Positions 17,619 to 29,560 of a stretch of 64,000 nucleotides of DNA are shown in pieces. Location: assembly GCA_965223505.1 (NCBI GenBank), contig CBDCWP010000042.1:1-64000 (forward strand), written 5' to 3'. Every line of letters starts with the position of its first letter. Position 1 is the stretch's first letter. The notes beneath the pieces were generated by a model, which saw only the letters and a program-made list of their open reading frames with translations, did not search any database and was not told where the DNA came from. The position numbers and the translations under genes were made by a program. The stretch is from Planctomycetota bacterium (GTDB lineage Bacteria; Planctomycetota; PLA2; JAEUHO01).

Positions 17619-18791
17619 ATGCCGGAACGAGCCGACATCGCGATCATCGGAGGCGGCCCCACGGGATCCGCGCTCGCGACGTTCCTCGCGCGCGCGGGGC
17701 GGGACGTGCTCGTCGTCGAAGAGCGCAAGGAGCCGGCGATGGCCGTCGGAGAATCGCTCCTTCCGTTCGGCAACCGGGTGCTCGAGATGCTCGGCGTGTC
17801 GATGGACGGGTTCATCGTCAAGCACGGCGCCGTATTCGTTCGCGACGGGCAAGCCGGGCGCGTCGACTTTGCCGAGGCGTCGCGCCCGGAGTTCACGAGC
17901 GCCCATCAGGTCAAACGCCATGACTTCGACGGCCGTATCCGCGCGGCGGCGAGGGATGCCGGGGTGCGCTGGCACCACGCTCGGGCAACCGGCGCGGAGC
18001 TGCCCGGCGTGCTGCACACGACGGACGGCGACGTCCACGCGGGGTGGATCATCGACGCCGGCGGACGGACGATGATGCTCGCGCGACAGCTCGGCCTGCG
18101 CGACCCGCACCCACAGCTACAGAGCGCGGCGCTCGCGCGCCACTACCGCAACGTGCGCACGTTCGAGCCCGAGACCGAAGGCGACATCACGATCTGCGCA
18201 TTCGAGAACGGCTGGACCTGGTTCATCCCCTTCGCCGACGGCGACGTCTCCGTCGGCGTGGTGATGTCGCGCAGAAGCAAGATCGACGGCGACCCGTGGG
18301 CGTACGCCCTCGCGCAGTCACCCGACACGGCGGCACGTTTGGAGGGCGCGGAGCCGGTCACCGACGTGCAAGGCTTGCAGGACTTCTCCGCGTACGCGTC
18401 GCAATTCCACGGCGACGGGTGGGCGCTGGCCGGCGATGCCGCGCTCTTCCTCGATCCGGTGTTCTCGTCCGGCGTGCTCCTGGGGCTGGAAAGCGCGGAG
18501 CGCCTGTCGCGGCACCTCCTCAACGGCACCCTCGAGAACTACGAGAGCGAGATGCGCCGCGCTGCCAAGACCTTCGAACGGGTCATCCTCGCGTTCTACG
18601 ACGGCTCGTTCCTGGACGTGTTCTTGTCGCCCAAGGAGCTGCACCCGGAGAACTACCGGCGCGCGATCACCTCGCTGCTCTGCGGCGACGTCTTCGACGG
18701 CGGAAACTACGGCGCGCGCTCGATCTCCGCGAAGTTCCAGACGCTGGCGAAGTACGTCAAGGCCAAGACGTCCTTGGACGATCGGATCTAA
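17619..18791 (+). CDS. FAD-dependent oxidoreductase, flavin-dependent halogenase family
   Basis: IIGGGPTG, VGESLLP, VKHGA, GWTWFIP (WxWxIP), GDAALFLDPVFSSGV. Confidence 0.85.
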   Translation: MPERADIAIIGGGPTGSALATFLARAGRDVLVVEERKEPAMAVGESLLPFGNRVLEMLGVSMDGFIVKHGAVFVRDGQAGRVDFAEASRPEFTSAHQVKRHDFDGRIRAAARDAGVRWHHARATGAELPGVLHTTDGDVHAGWIIDAGGRTMMLARQLGLRDPHPQLQSAALARHYRNVRTFEPETEGDITICAFENGWTWFIPFADGDVSVGVVMSRRSKIDGDPWAYALAQSPDTAARLEGAEPVTDVQGLQDFSAYASQFHGDGWALAGDAALFLDPVFSSGVLLGLESAERLSRHLLNGTLENYESEMRRAAKTFERVILAFYDGSFLDVFLSPKELHPENYRRAITSLLCGDVFDGGNYGARSISAKFQTLAKYVKAKTSLDDRI

Positions 18792-19246
18792 TCGTCGCCG
18801 CCGCTGTCGTCGTCGGACTTGGCGGCGTCGGCGATCTTCTTCGCGAGCGCGGGGTTGAACGTCAGGTACAGCGCGAGCACGCCGACGATGTCGGCGAGCA
18901 GCGCGAACCAGAAGCCCACGCCCCAGGACACGTCCTCGCCGCCCGCACCCTGGATGAGGACGGCGATCAGGAACAGGCCCGCGAGCTTGAATCCCAGAAA
19001 GCTGACCGCGCAGTGCTTCTCGTCACTCATCCCGACGATGTGGGTCTTGCCGAACGTCGAGAGTGCCGCGAACGCGGCAGCAATCCACGCGGACAGCAAG
19101 AGGAATCCGCCGATCGGCATGCTGATCACGCGCGCCGAGCCCGAGTGGTCGCCCTTGCCCCAGGTCGTGGCGGGCAGCACCAGCAAGGACACCACCATCA
19201 CCAACCCGCAAATCGTCGCCACCATCGTCAAGAACTTCCGATTCAT
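18788..19246 (-). CDS. Four-TM hypothetical membrane protein
   Basis: GAGGAG RBS, four hydrophobic segments, strong codon bias. Confidence 0.75.
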   Translation of the reverse strand: MNRKFLTMVATICGLVMVVSLLVLPATTWGKGDHSGSARVISMPIGGFLLLSAWIAAAFAALSTFGKTHIVGMSDEKHCAVSFLGFKLAGLFLIAVLIQGAGGEDVSWGVGFWFALLADIVGVLALYLTFNPALAKKIADAAKSDDDSGGDD

Positions 19247-19315
19247 CGCCGCTCCTCTCGGGCCGCATCCCCACCGCGGTCCGGCGCGATTCTGCCCGCG
19301 GGCGGCGCCAAATTT

Positions 19316-20413
19316 CTAGTGGTATCGGATTCGATCGCGGCACACGGCCGCTTTGGCGAGCGCGCGCGGGCCTTGCAGGCGCAGGAAGTCGCCGTGTCCC
19401 TTCAAGCCGGCGCGGTACACGTGCCAGTTGGAGTGCGGCTCGCGGTGATCCGACCAGCGGTCCTTGTGCGGCGACGACGGACAGCAGTTGTTCATCCGCT
19501 GAAGCCCCGCTGCGCACTCGCGCTCGAGCAGCGTGCCCCACGCGATGTTGCCGGGCCCCCCGCGGCGGTGGGCCGGGTCGTATTCCTGCTTGAGCCCGTA
19601 CAAGACGTCGCCGTCCCGCAGCGCCAGCTCGTACGCGACGGCGTCGCCGCGATGGCGAACGACCTGGATCCGCAAGTTGCCGGCGGCTGCCATGCGGCGG
19701 CAAAGGTCGGCGTAGAACGCTCGGTTGCGGTCGTTCGCGAACGTGCCGGTCCCGTCTTCGCCCTGCCAGCTCGCCTGCGACACCGCGCGAAGCTCGCCGA
19801 GCGCCGCGTCGAACGCGGCGGCGTCTTCGATGCACTCGTAGCTGATTGCGTGGTCCTGCTCGCAGCGCCGGAGATCGCGCAGCACCAGCTTTCGCGTGGA
19901 AGGCTCGAGTCCGTCGCTCCAGTGCTCGAGCGCCCCCACGTCCAGACACGGGGCGTAGTACGTGAAGTCCTCGTACGCATGCAGGCCGCGCTCCCCCACA
20001 GCGTGTTGCAGCGCCGCCTGGGCCGACGCCGAGTGCCGCAGCTCGTCGATGCGCAGGCATCGCCACGGCGCGTCGGATGCGAACACATGATCGAGAAATG
20101 CGTTCCACGCAGCCGTCGACCGTTCGGGCATCGCGGGAATGCCCGCCTCGGGGCTGTAGTCGTTCTGAAGCAAGGCGAGCGCCGGTCGCGCGCCCGCCGT
20201 CTCTCGGAACGGGAACACCGCGACCAACGCGTCTTGCTCGTACGCCGCGACGACGTGAAGCGATTCGTCCCCGCCGTAATGACGCAACCACGCCGCGTAC
20301 CAGTCGTAGGTCTCGAAGACGTACGGAGAGTCGAGCGACGCCTCGAGCCGACGCCACGGTTGCTCGAGCGCCTCGAAGGCGGCGAGCGAGCGGACGATCT
20401 CGAGGTGGATCAA
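19316..20413 (-). CDS. GNAT-family acetyltransferase (CelD/BcsL-like)
   Basis: LEQPWRRL...VFETYDWYAAW; YDPAHRRGGPG; HKDRWS; TTG start inferred. Confidence 0.75.
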   Translation of the reverse strand: MIHLEIVRSLAAFEALEQPWRRLEASLDSPYVFETYDWYAAWLRHYGGDESLHVVAAYEQDALVAVFPFRETAGARPALALLQNDYSPEAGIPAMPERSTAAWNAFLDHVFASDAPWRCLRIDELRHSASAQAALQHAVGERGLHAYEDFTYYAPCLDVGALEHWSDGLEPSTRKLVLRDLRRCEQDHAISYECIEDAAAFDAALGELRAVSQASWQGEDGTGTFANDRNRAFYADLCRRMAAAGNLRIQVVRHRGDAVAYELALRDGDVLYGLKQEYDPAHRRGGPGNIAWGTLLERECAAGLQRMNNCCPSSPHKDRWSDHREPHSNWHVYRAGLKGHGDFLRLQGPRALAKAAVCRDRIRYH

Positions 20414-20424
20414 TGTCGCAGTCG

Positions 20425-20982
20425 CTAGATCGCGACGGCCTGGACTTCGAGCACCTCGGGCACGAGCTGCCGGAGCCGGGTCTCCACACCCTGCTTCAAC
20501 GTCGCCATCGAGCTCGGGCAGCCCGAGCACGAGCCCTTGAGCTGCAGGTACACGACGCCGGACTCGAACTTGTCGAAGACGATGTCGCCGCCGTCCATGG
20601 CGACGGCCGGGCGGATCTGCTCGTCGAGGATGGCGATGACCTTCTGCGCGACCTCGGATCCGTCGCCGCCGTGCTCGTTGGTCGTCACCTCGCCAGTGAT
20701 CACCGGCTCGCCCGCTTCGAGGTGCGCCTTGATCTCCCGGAGCATCGCGGTGTTGACCTCCATCATCAGAAGCTGGTCGGTGACGGTGACCGTGACGAAG
20801 TCGCGGCCGATCATCACGGCGGCGACGCCGTTCACCGCGAACAGCCGCTTCGCGAGCGGCGAGGCCTCGGCCTGCGACGGGTCGGTGAAGTCGGCAGCGC
20901 CACGCTCGATCAGGACTTGCGACACGGCGTACTTCAGCGTGTCGGGATTCGGCGTGAACTCGAGATGGACGTTGACGGACAT
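20425..20982 (-). CDS. Nfu/NifU-family Fe-S cluster carrier (Nfu_N plus NifU C-terminal domain)
   Basis: EFTPNPDTLK, SPLAKRLF, IRPAVAMDGGDI, GSCSGCPSS. Confidence 0.93.
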   Translation of the reverse strand: MSVNVHLEFTPNPDTLKYAVSQVLIERGAADFTDPSQAEASPLAKRLFAVNGVAAVMIGRDFVTVTVTDQLLMMEVNTAMLREIKAHLEAGEPVITGEVTTNEHGGDGSEVAQKVIAILDEQIRPAVAMDGGDIVFDKFESGVVYLQLKGSCSGCPSSMATLKQGVETRLRQLVPEVLEVQAVAI

Positions 20983-21053
20983 CGGGTTGCTCCGGCGGGT
21001 CGCTACAGTTTCGTATGGGCGCGCGGCCCTGCCACGAGATTCCTGGACGCGGG

Positions 21054-22475
21054 CTACTGCGGGAGGGCTGCCAGGCCGTCCGCGAGCGCATCGGCCACGA
21101 CGGCGTTGCCACGCGCCGTCCAGTGGAAATCGTAGATGTGGAAGAGACGCTCGCCGCGGGCGGTGCCGTCGATCAGCGGCTTCGTGACGCTCACGAACGG
21201 GATCTGTTCGGCCTCGCAGAAGGCACGCAGCACCGCCTCCTTGCTGCCGGCGCCGTCGAAGACCGCTTTCGCGAGCTGCTCCGGGGCCAGTAGCGCGCCC
21301 CGATTCCGAAAGGCGACGAACGCGTGCATTTTGTCCACCGGGATGCGTTCCCGCGCCAAGGGCAGCACGACGCGCATCTTGGTGGCCGCGAACGAGACCA
21401 CCAGCCGCGCGCCGATCTCGTCACAGACGGACTTCATCTCGCGCAGCACGCCGGCGGCGTGCGTCCATCCCGGCGACGCGCGAAACTGCGCCTCGCTCAG
21501 CGCCAGGCGTTGGACCTCCTTGGGGAGACACACGTACGGCAGTCCGCCTTCGCCTTCGGGCACTCGGACAGGCAGCCATGACAGCGTGTCGATCCCCCGC
21601 ACGTCGCCGTCGGCGTTGATCGGACCGAGGAGGCCGATCACGCCGGCCCGGAAACCGCGCGTCACGGGCGACGTCTCGAAGAACATCTCTACCTTGCCGC
21701 CGAAGCTGAGGTCGGACGCCTTTCGACGCGGTCCTTTGAAGTCGTTGCCCCCGAAGAGCATGCACACCACGAGCTTGGGCTTCAGTCCGGCGCCGATGGA
21801 CTTCAAGGCCGCGAGGTAGTGATCCGGGTCGCACCCGGACATGCCGAGGTTGTAGACGACCTCGCCGCGCGCCTTGCCGAGCAGCACCGGCCAGGCCTCG
21901 TCGTCCGACACCTTGTTGCCCTCGGCGAACGAGTCGCCGATCACCAGCAGGTCGCACGCGTCGAGCGCCTGCGCGTTGCGAAACCCGCGTGCATCGGTCG
22001 TCAGCTCGACCTCGCGCGGCTCGCCGCGCGGCGCGTTCGGATACGAGCGCGGATACCGCGGCGCGTCCACCACCGTCAGGCGGTAGTGCTGGTTCGCCGG
22101 ACGGCGGATGATCGTCTCGTCCGGATTGAGGTCCGGCCAGCGCGTGGTGTCCACCGCCGTCTGTTCGTAGTGGTCCTTGCGCAGGAGGCGCCCGCCGACG
22201 TCGAGCAGCACCAGCGTGAAGACGACCGCGAACGAGACGGCCAGGGCGCGAAAGGCCACCTCGCGCCGCGTGCGGGTCCGGCGCATCCAGCAGAGCGAGG
22301 CGAGGAACAACAGCAGCAGGCTGACGAAGAACAACACGGCGAAGTGGCCGACGCCGTAGCGCCCCAGCACGATCGGGCGTCCGAGCGCGATCAGCCGAAC
22401 GACGTTGCTCGGAAAGAACCACGGCACGACCGCCCCCGCGACGAGGAGCCACGCCGCCACGGTGGGTCGCTTCAT
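21054..22475 (-). CDS. Membrane-anchored SGNH/GDSL hydrolase (AlgX/AlgJ-like)
   Basis: Three N-terminal TMs; IGDSF, NLGMSG, GGND and DFHW blocks. Confidence 0.85.
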   Translation of the reverse strand: MKRPTVAAWLLVAGAVVPWFFPSNVVRLIALGRPIVLGRYGVGHFAVLFFVSLLLLFLASLCWMRRTRTRREVAFRALAVSFAVVFTLVLLDVGGRLLRKDHYEQTAVDTTRWPDLNPDETIIRRPANQHYRLTVVDAPRYPRSYPNAPRGEPREVELTTDARGFRNAQALDACDLLVIGDSFAEGNKVSDDEAWPVLLGKARGEVVYNLGMSGCDPDHYLAALKSIGAGLKPKLVVCMLFGGNDFKGPRRKASDLSFGGKVEMFFETSPVTRGFRAGVIGLLGPINADGDVRGIDTLSWLPVRVPEGEGGLPYVCLPKEVQRLALSEAQFRASPGWTHAAGVLREMKSVCDEIGARLVVSFAATKMRVVLPLARERIPVDKMHAFVAFRNRGALLAPEQLAKAVFDGAGSKEAVLRAFCEAEQIPFVSVTKPLIDGTARGERLFHIYDFHWTARGNAVVADALADGLAALPQ

Positions 22476-22678
22476 CAGAAGACCGGATAGAGGAAGGGCG
22501 CGATGCCGGTGCCCGCGAGGAACACGAGCAGGCCGAAAATGCCGACGACGATCAAGATCGGCAACAGCCACCACTTCTTGTTGTGCTTCAGAAACGCCCA
22601 GAACTCGCCGAGCAGACCCGCGCGGCGTTCAGAGGCGAGTTGCTCGAACTCGTTCGACGGTTGCGGATCGTCCGACAT
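22475..22678 (-). CDS. DUF5989 / SxtK-like small membrane protein
   Basis: EFWAFLKHNKKWWLLPI...APFLYPVF. Confidence 0.88.
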   Translation of the reverse strand: MSDDPQPSNEFEQLASERRAGLLGEFWAFLKHNKKWWLLPILIVVGIFGLLVFLAGTGIAPFLYPVF

Positions 22679-22686
22679 GGCGTGCC

Positions 22687-23106
22687 TCAGAACTGACGGA
22701 AGTAGCGCTGCGTGTCGGTCACGGCCGGGCGATCGACCCAATACGTCGACGCATCAGGGTCGAACCGCCGACGAAGCTCGTCCCGGCGGATGAGCCGGAA
22801 GACCAGGCCGACCGGTGTGAGAATACCGAAGAATACGACAGCGAGAACGATGTACGAGACGACGAGGCCGATCGGGTAGACGGCGATCATCAGGACGACG
22901 TACAGCGGCCGGTTCGCGGCGGGCGCGACGAGCGCCAGCAGCCCGGACAGCACGGCCAGGGCCCCCAGTCCGACGCTCAGCCACTCGGGCCCCTGCCAGT
23001 GCCAGTGCGTCAGAGCGGCCAGGGTGCCGAACGCCACGAGCGCAGCGGCGCCGAAGACCCGCAGGTCCGTACGGCCGGGATTGAGGTTGAGGTCGATGGC
23101 GGCCAT
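22687..23106 (-). CDS. SxtJ-family membrane protein
   Basis: DLRVFG...IGLVVS.IVLAVVFFGILTPVGL..R...D.L..RFDPDASTYW...YFRQF; TGATG coupling. Confidence 0.88.
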   Translation of the reverse strand: MAAIDLNLNPGRTDLRVFGAAALVAFGTLAALTHWHWQGPEWLSVGLGALAVLSGLLALVAPAANRPLYVVLMIAVYPIGLVVSYIVLAVVFFGILTPVGLVFRLIRRDELRRRFDPDASTYWVDRPAVTDTQRYFRQF

Positions 23107-24929
23107 CAGTCGAGCGCGAACTCCGCGAGGTACTGCTTGCGATCGACCCCGGTATCGGGTTGGTCGACCTTGCGCAGGACGTAGTCCTCCATCACGAGCA
23201 CGTCCATGTCGGTGCCCATGAAACAGCGATAGGCGTCCTGGGGGGTGCACACGATCGGCTCGCCCCGCACGTTGAAGCTGGTGTTGATCATGACGGGGCA
23301 GCCCGTCTCGCGGTGAAAGCGCGACATCAGCCGGTAGAGCGGCCCATGCCGCTCGGCGTCGATGGTCTGCACGCGTGCCGAGCAGTCCACGTGGGTGACC
23401 GCGGGGATCTCCGAGCGCGGTTCGTGGAGCTTGGCCAGTCCCTCGAGCGACCCGTCGACCGGCTTGCGCTTGTCCTCGCGTACGCCCGCGACCAGCAGCA
23501 TGTACGGACTGTCCTCGTTGGGACGCATCTCGAAGTACTCGTCCACGTGTTCGCGCAGGACGATCGGCGCGAACGGGCGAAACGACTCCCGGAACTTGAT
23601 CTTGAGGTTCATCACCGACTGCATCTTGGGCGAACGCGCGTCGCCGATGATCGACCGGTTGCCGAGCGCGCGCGGACCGAACTCCATCCGCCCGTGCAGC
23701 AGGCCGACGACCTGCTCCGAGGCGAGATGGTCCGTGATCGCTCGCTCCCACGATTCGCGGTCTTCGTGACGCTCGTACACGGCGCCGACACCGTCGAGAA
23801 ACGCGCCGATCTCGCCGGACGAGAACCGCGGACCGAGCAGCGAGCCGCCTTGGGAGTCCGACGGGCCGACCTCCCGGGGGTTTCCGAGCAGCTGGTGCCA
23901 CACGAAGAGCGCGCCGCCGAGCGCGCCGCCGGCGTCCCCGGCGGCCGGCTGGATCCAGACGTTCTCGAACGGGCCCTCGCGCAGGATCCGCCCGTTCCCG
24001 ACGCAGTTGAGCGCCACGCCCCCTGCCATGACGAGATTGTCGCACTGTGTGACGTGGCGGGCGTGCTGCGCGATCCGCAGCATGATCTCCTCGGTCACGA
24101 GCTGGATCGACGCGGCGATGTCCATCTCGCGCTGTGTGATCGGCGACTCCGGCTTGCGCGGCGGCCCGTCGAACAGCGCGGCGAACTTCGCGGTCGTCAT
24201 GTACGGCGTGTGCAGGTAGCCGAAGTACGACATGTCGAGCCGGAAGGACCCGTCGTCCTTCAGGTCCATCAGCTTGTCGCGGATGCGGCCGGCGTAGCGC
24301 GGCTCGCCGTACGGTGCGAGCCCCATCAGCTTGTACTCGCCGCTGTTGACGCGAAATCCGCAGAAGTACGTGAACGCCGAGTACAGCAGCCCGATCGAGT
24401 GCGGAAAGCGCATCTCCTGTATCAGCTCGATCCGGTTGCCGCGACCGACGCCGATGCTCGCGGTCGTCCACTCCCCCACGCCGTCCAGCGTGAGGATCGC
24501 CGCCTCCTCGTAGGGCGACGGGAAGAACGCGCTCGCGGCGTGGGACTCGTGGTGCTCCACGAAGATGTAGCGCCCGCGGTAACGCTTGTTCAGGCCGCGG
24601 TCGAGCGCGCGCGGCGTGTGCAGCTTGTGCTTGAGCCAGACGGGTAGTCCGCGCTGGAACATGCGAAATCCACGCGGCGCCATCGCGATCCAGGTCTCGA
24701 TCAGCCGCTCGAACTTGAGCAGCGGCTTGTCGTAGAAGACGACGTGATCGAGATCCTCGGGCGTGAGGCCCGCTTCTTCGAGACAGTATGCAACCGCGTT
24801 CGTCGGGAACCGTTCGTCGTGCTTCTTGCGAGTGAACCGCTCCTCCTGGGCCGCCGCGACGAGGCGTCCGTCCTGCACGAGGCAGGCGGCGCTGTCGTGA
24901 TAGAAGGCGGAGACCCCCAGGATGTTCAT
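23106..24929 (-). CDS. O-carbamoyltransferase (NodU/CmcH/SxtI family)
   Basis: ILGVSAFYHDSAA, QEERFTRKKH, EHHESHAASAF, GEYKLMGLAPYG, EFGPRALGNRS, NTSFNVRGEP; TACACT 7 nt before ATG. Confidence 0.95.
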   Translation of the reverse strand: MNILGVSAFYHDSAACLVQDGRLVAAAQEERFTRKKHDERFPTNAVAYCLEEAGLTPEDLDHVVFYDKPLLKFERLIETWIAMAPRGFRMFQRGLPVWLKHKLHTPRALDRGLNKRYRGRYIFVEHHESHAASAFFPSPYEEAAILTLDGVGEWTTASIGVGRGNRIELIQEMRFPHSIGLLYSAFTYFCGFRVNSGEYKLMGLAPYGEPRYAGRIRDKLMDLKDDGSFRLDMSYFGYLHTPYMTTAKFAALFDGPPRKPESPITQREMDIAASIQLVTEEIMLRIAQHARHVTQCDNLVMAGGVALNCVGNGRILREGPFENVWIQPAAGDAGGALGGALFVWHQLLGNPREVGPSDSQGGSLLGPRFSSGEIGAFLDGVGAVYERHEDRESWERAITDHLASEQVVGLLHGRMEFGPRALGNRSIIGDARSPKMQSVMNLKIKFRESFRPFAPIVLREHVDEYFEMRPNEDSPYMLLVAGVREDKRKPVDGSLEGLAKLHEPRSEIPAVTHVDCSARVQTIDAERHGPLYRLMSRFHRETGCPVMINTSFNVRGEPIVCTPQDAYRCFMGTDMDVLVMEDYVLRKVDQPDTGVDRKQYLAEFALD

Positions 24930-25007
24930 GCCGGGGAGTGTAGAAGTCGCCTGCGAATGTCCCGCGTACAATGTCGACCCGCTTCGGACAGGCAACCGGG
25001 ACGCCCC

Positions 25008-26279
25008 ATGAGCCAGCACACAGGACTGTCACGCCTGGGCTTGCTGCTCGTCGTTCTGCTCGGCCTGTCGGCAGGGCACGCTTTCGCCGGCGAGGACGAG
25101 GACGACGCCGAGGCGGCCAAAGTGCGGGCCGGCTTGCAGAAGAACCTGGCGTTTTCCGAGCGCGGCAGCCTCATTCGACAGCTCGAGGCCGAGCTCGCGA
25201 GCGCCAACGAGTGGATCCAGCAGGCGGTCCTCTACGTCGAGCTCGGCAGCACGCGCGACCGGCGCGCGGTGAAGATCATCGGCGGCGGCCTGGAGGGCCG
25301 CAACGGCAACGTCACCGCGTTCGCCCTGAACGTGCTCACGCGCTTCACGAAGACGGATCTTCGGAAGGGCGGCGGACCCGAGCTGTTCGACCGGCTGCTC
25401 GTCCACGCGCGCACGGGAACGGCCTACCAGAAGCACAAGGCGTTCGCGGTCTTGCGCAAGCTCGTCGGGTTCGACCTCGGCACCAAGCCCGGCCGCTGGA
25501 TCGACTGGCGGGAGCGCTTCCCCGACGAGCTGAAGCTCGAGCCGCTGAAGCCGCCCTTCGACGAGTCGCTCTACGATCCCGAGGTCGTTGCGAAGGTGAA
25601 GGACGAGCCGGAGCACGACACCGTGGCGTTCGCGCGCATTCCACCGGTCACCGAGTACGTCACGAAGCTCCGAAAGAAGGGCCTCGACGCGGTGCTGTGC
25701 CTCGACCAGACCGGCTCGATGTCGTCGGTCATCGAGGCCACCAAGGCGAACCTGCGGCTGATGATGCTGACGCTGCGCGAGGTCCTGAGGGACTTCCGGG
25801 TCGGCCTCGTCACGTACGACGACAGGGTGCAGCGCACCGTCCGCGCGACGAGCGACATACGCAGCCTGCGCATCAAGCTCAACAAGGTCCAGGCGGAGGG
25901 CGGCGGCGACTTTCCCGAGGGTGTCGACAAGGCGATCCGGCGCGCGTTCTCGTCCCGACTGGGGTGGCGGACGCATTCGGTGAAGACGATCGTCGTCCTG
26001 GGCGACGCGCCGCCGCATCAGGAAGACGTCGCGTCGATGATGGCGGACATCGAAGCCGAGCGAGCGAAGCGCAACGTCGTGGTGAACACGGTCTCGACCT
26101 CGACCGGCTACGTGGCGCACTTTCGCGAGATCGCGAAGGCAGGGGGCGGCCGCGCGATCGTGCAGCGCCGCGCCGACGATCTCATCACGGAGGTGCTGAT
26201 CCTGATCCTCGGCGAGGCGATGCGCCCCGCGATGGAGCGCTTCGTCCCGGTGCTGATCGAAATCGTCAAAGCGCGCTGA
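25008..26279 (+). CDS. Secreted HEAT plus vWA-domain protein
   Basis: Signal peptide ending AFA; DQTGSM MIDAS-like motif, GGGDFPE, LGDAPPH. Confidence 0.85.
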   Translation: MSQHTGLSRLGLLLVVLLGLSAGHAFAGEDEDDAEAAKVRAGLQKNLAFSERGSLIRQLEAELASANEWIQQAVLYVELGSTRDRRAVKIIGGGLEGRNGNVTAFALNVLTRFTKTDLRKGGGPELFDRLLVHARTGTAYQKHKAFAVLRKLVGFDLGTKPGRWIDWRERFPDELKLEPLKPPFDESLYDPEVVAKVKDEPEHDTVAFARIPPVTEYVTKLRKKGLDAVLCLDQTGSMSSVIEATKANLRLMMLTLREVLRDFRVGLVTYDDRVQRTVRATSDIRSLRIKLNKVQAEGGGDFPEGVDKAIRRAFSSRLGWRTHSVKTIVVLGDAPPHQEDVASMMADIEAERAKRNVVVNTVSTSTGYVAHFREIAKAGGGRAIVQRRADDLITEVLILILGEAMRPAMERFVPVLIEIVKAR

Positions 26280-26604
26280 GCATTCCGATCGTGAGGACGA
26301 GCCAGAGCGTCCCCAGCAGCCCGCCGCCGATGACGGCGATCCACGCGTGGACGGCGCCGCGCGCTTCCGGGTCCGCCTTCGCCTTTCTCAGCCCGACGAT
26401 CCCGCAGATCAACGCCGCGATGCCGATCGGAAAGAGCGGCAGCAGCGAGAAGACCGCGAGGTAGTACCCGACGAGCGCAGGCACGTTGCGGTACGGAATC
26501 AGGCCGCCCATCGAGCGGCTGGCGTACTCGTGCTCGGCGTCGGCGCGCTCCTCTTCCTCGTCGTACGGCTCTCCGAGATCTTCGAAGTCGTCGCCGTGCG
26601 CCAC
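26266..26604 (-). CDS. DUF4190-like membrane protein
   Basis: GGLIPYRNVPALVGYYL...GIVGL......RGAVHAW; GGGAG RBS before GTG 26604 (alternative start 26637). Confidence 0.7.
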   Translation of the reverse strand: MAHGDDFEDLGEPYDEEEERADAEHEYASRSMGGLIPYRNVPALVGYYLAVFSLLPLFPIGIAALICGIVGLRKAKADPEARGAVHAWIAVIGGGLLGTLWLVLTIGMLSAL

Positions 26605-26624
26605 GCTGGATCTCCCGACCGGAT

Positions 26625-29345
<2,721 letters not shown>

Positions 29346-29471
29346 GGGGTCCTTTCCGTTCCGGGGGACCGAGTATGGCCCCCGGAACATGCGTTCCCAA
29401 GCGACCGCGCGGCCCCTTTCGCTGCGGCGGCGCCCGTGCGAGGCTGAACCGGCCCGGGTTCCGTTTCGTTG

Positions 29472-29499
29472 GGAACCGCGGCCGTCCCGTCGGGTCCAA
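29472..29499 (+). promoter_or_regulatory. ECF-sigma-type promoter candidate upstream of the giant VIT/vWA gene
   Basis: GGAAC-N17-GTCCAA; first 18 bp match the motif upstream of the ECF sigma gene at 16 positions. Confidence 0.45.
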
Positions 29500-29560
29500 T
29501 GCGAACGAGCCGGGCTGCCCCTGCGCCCCCTGCCAATTGAGATTCCCCGAAAGAGCCCCC

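Noticed and set aside
21054..24929. Saxitoxin biosynthesis
   Set aside because: Only sxtI/J/K/L-like genes are present; no sxtA, sxtG or other core genes.
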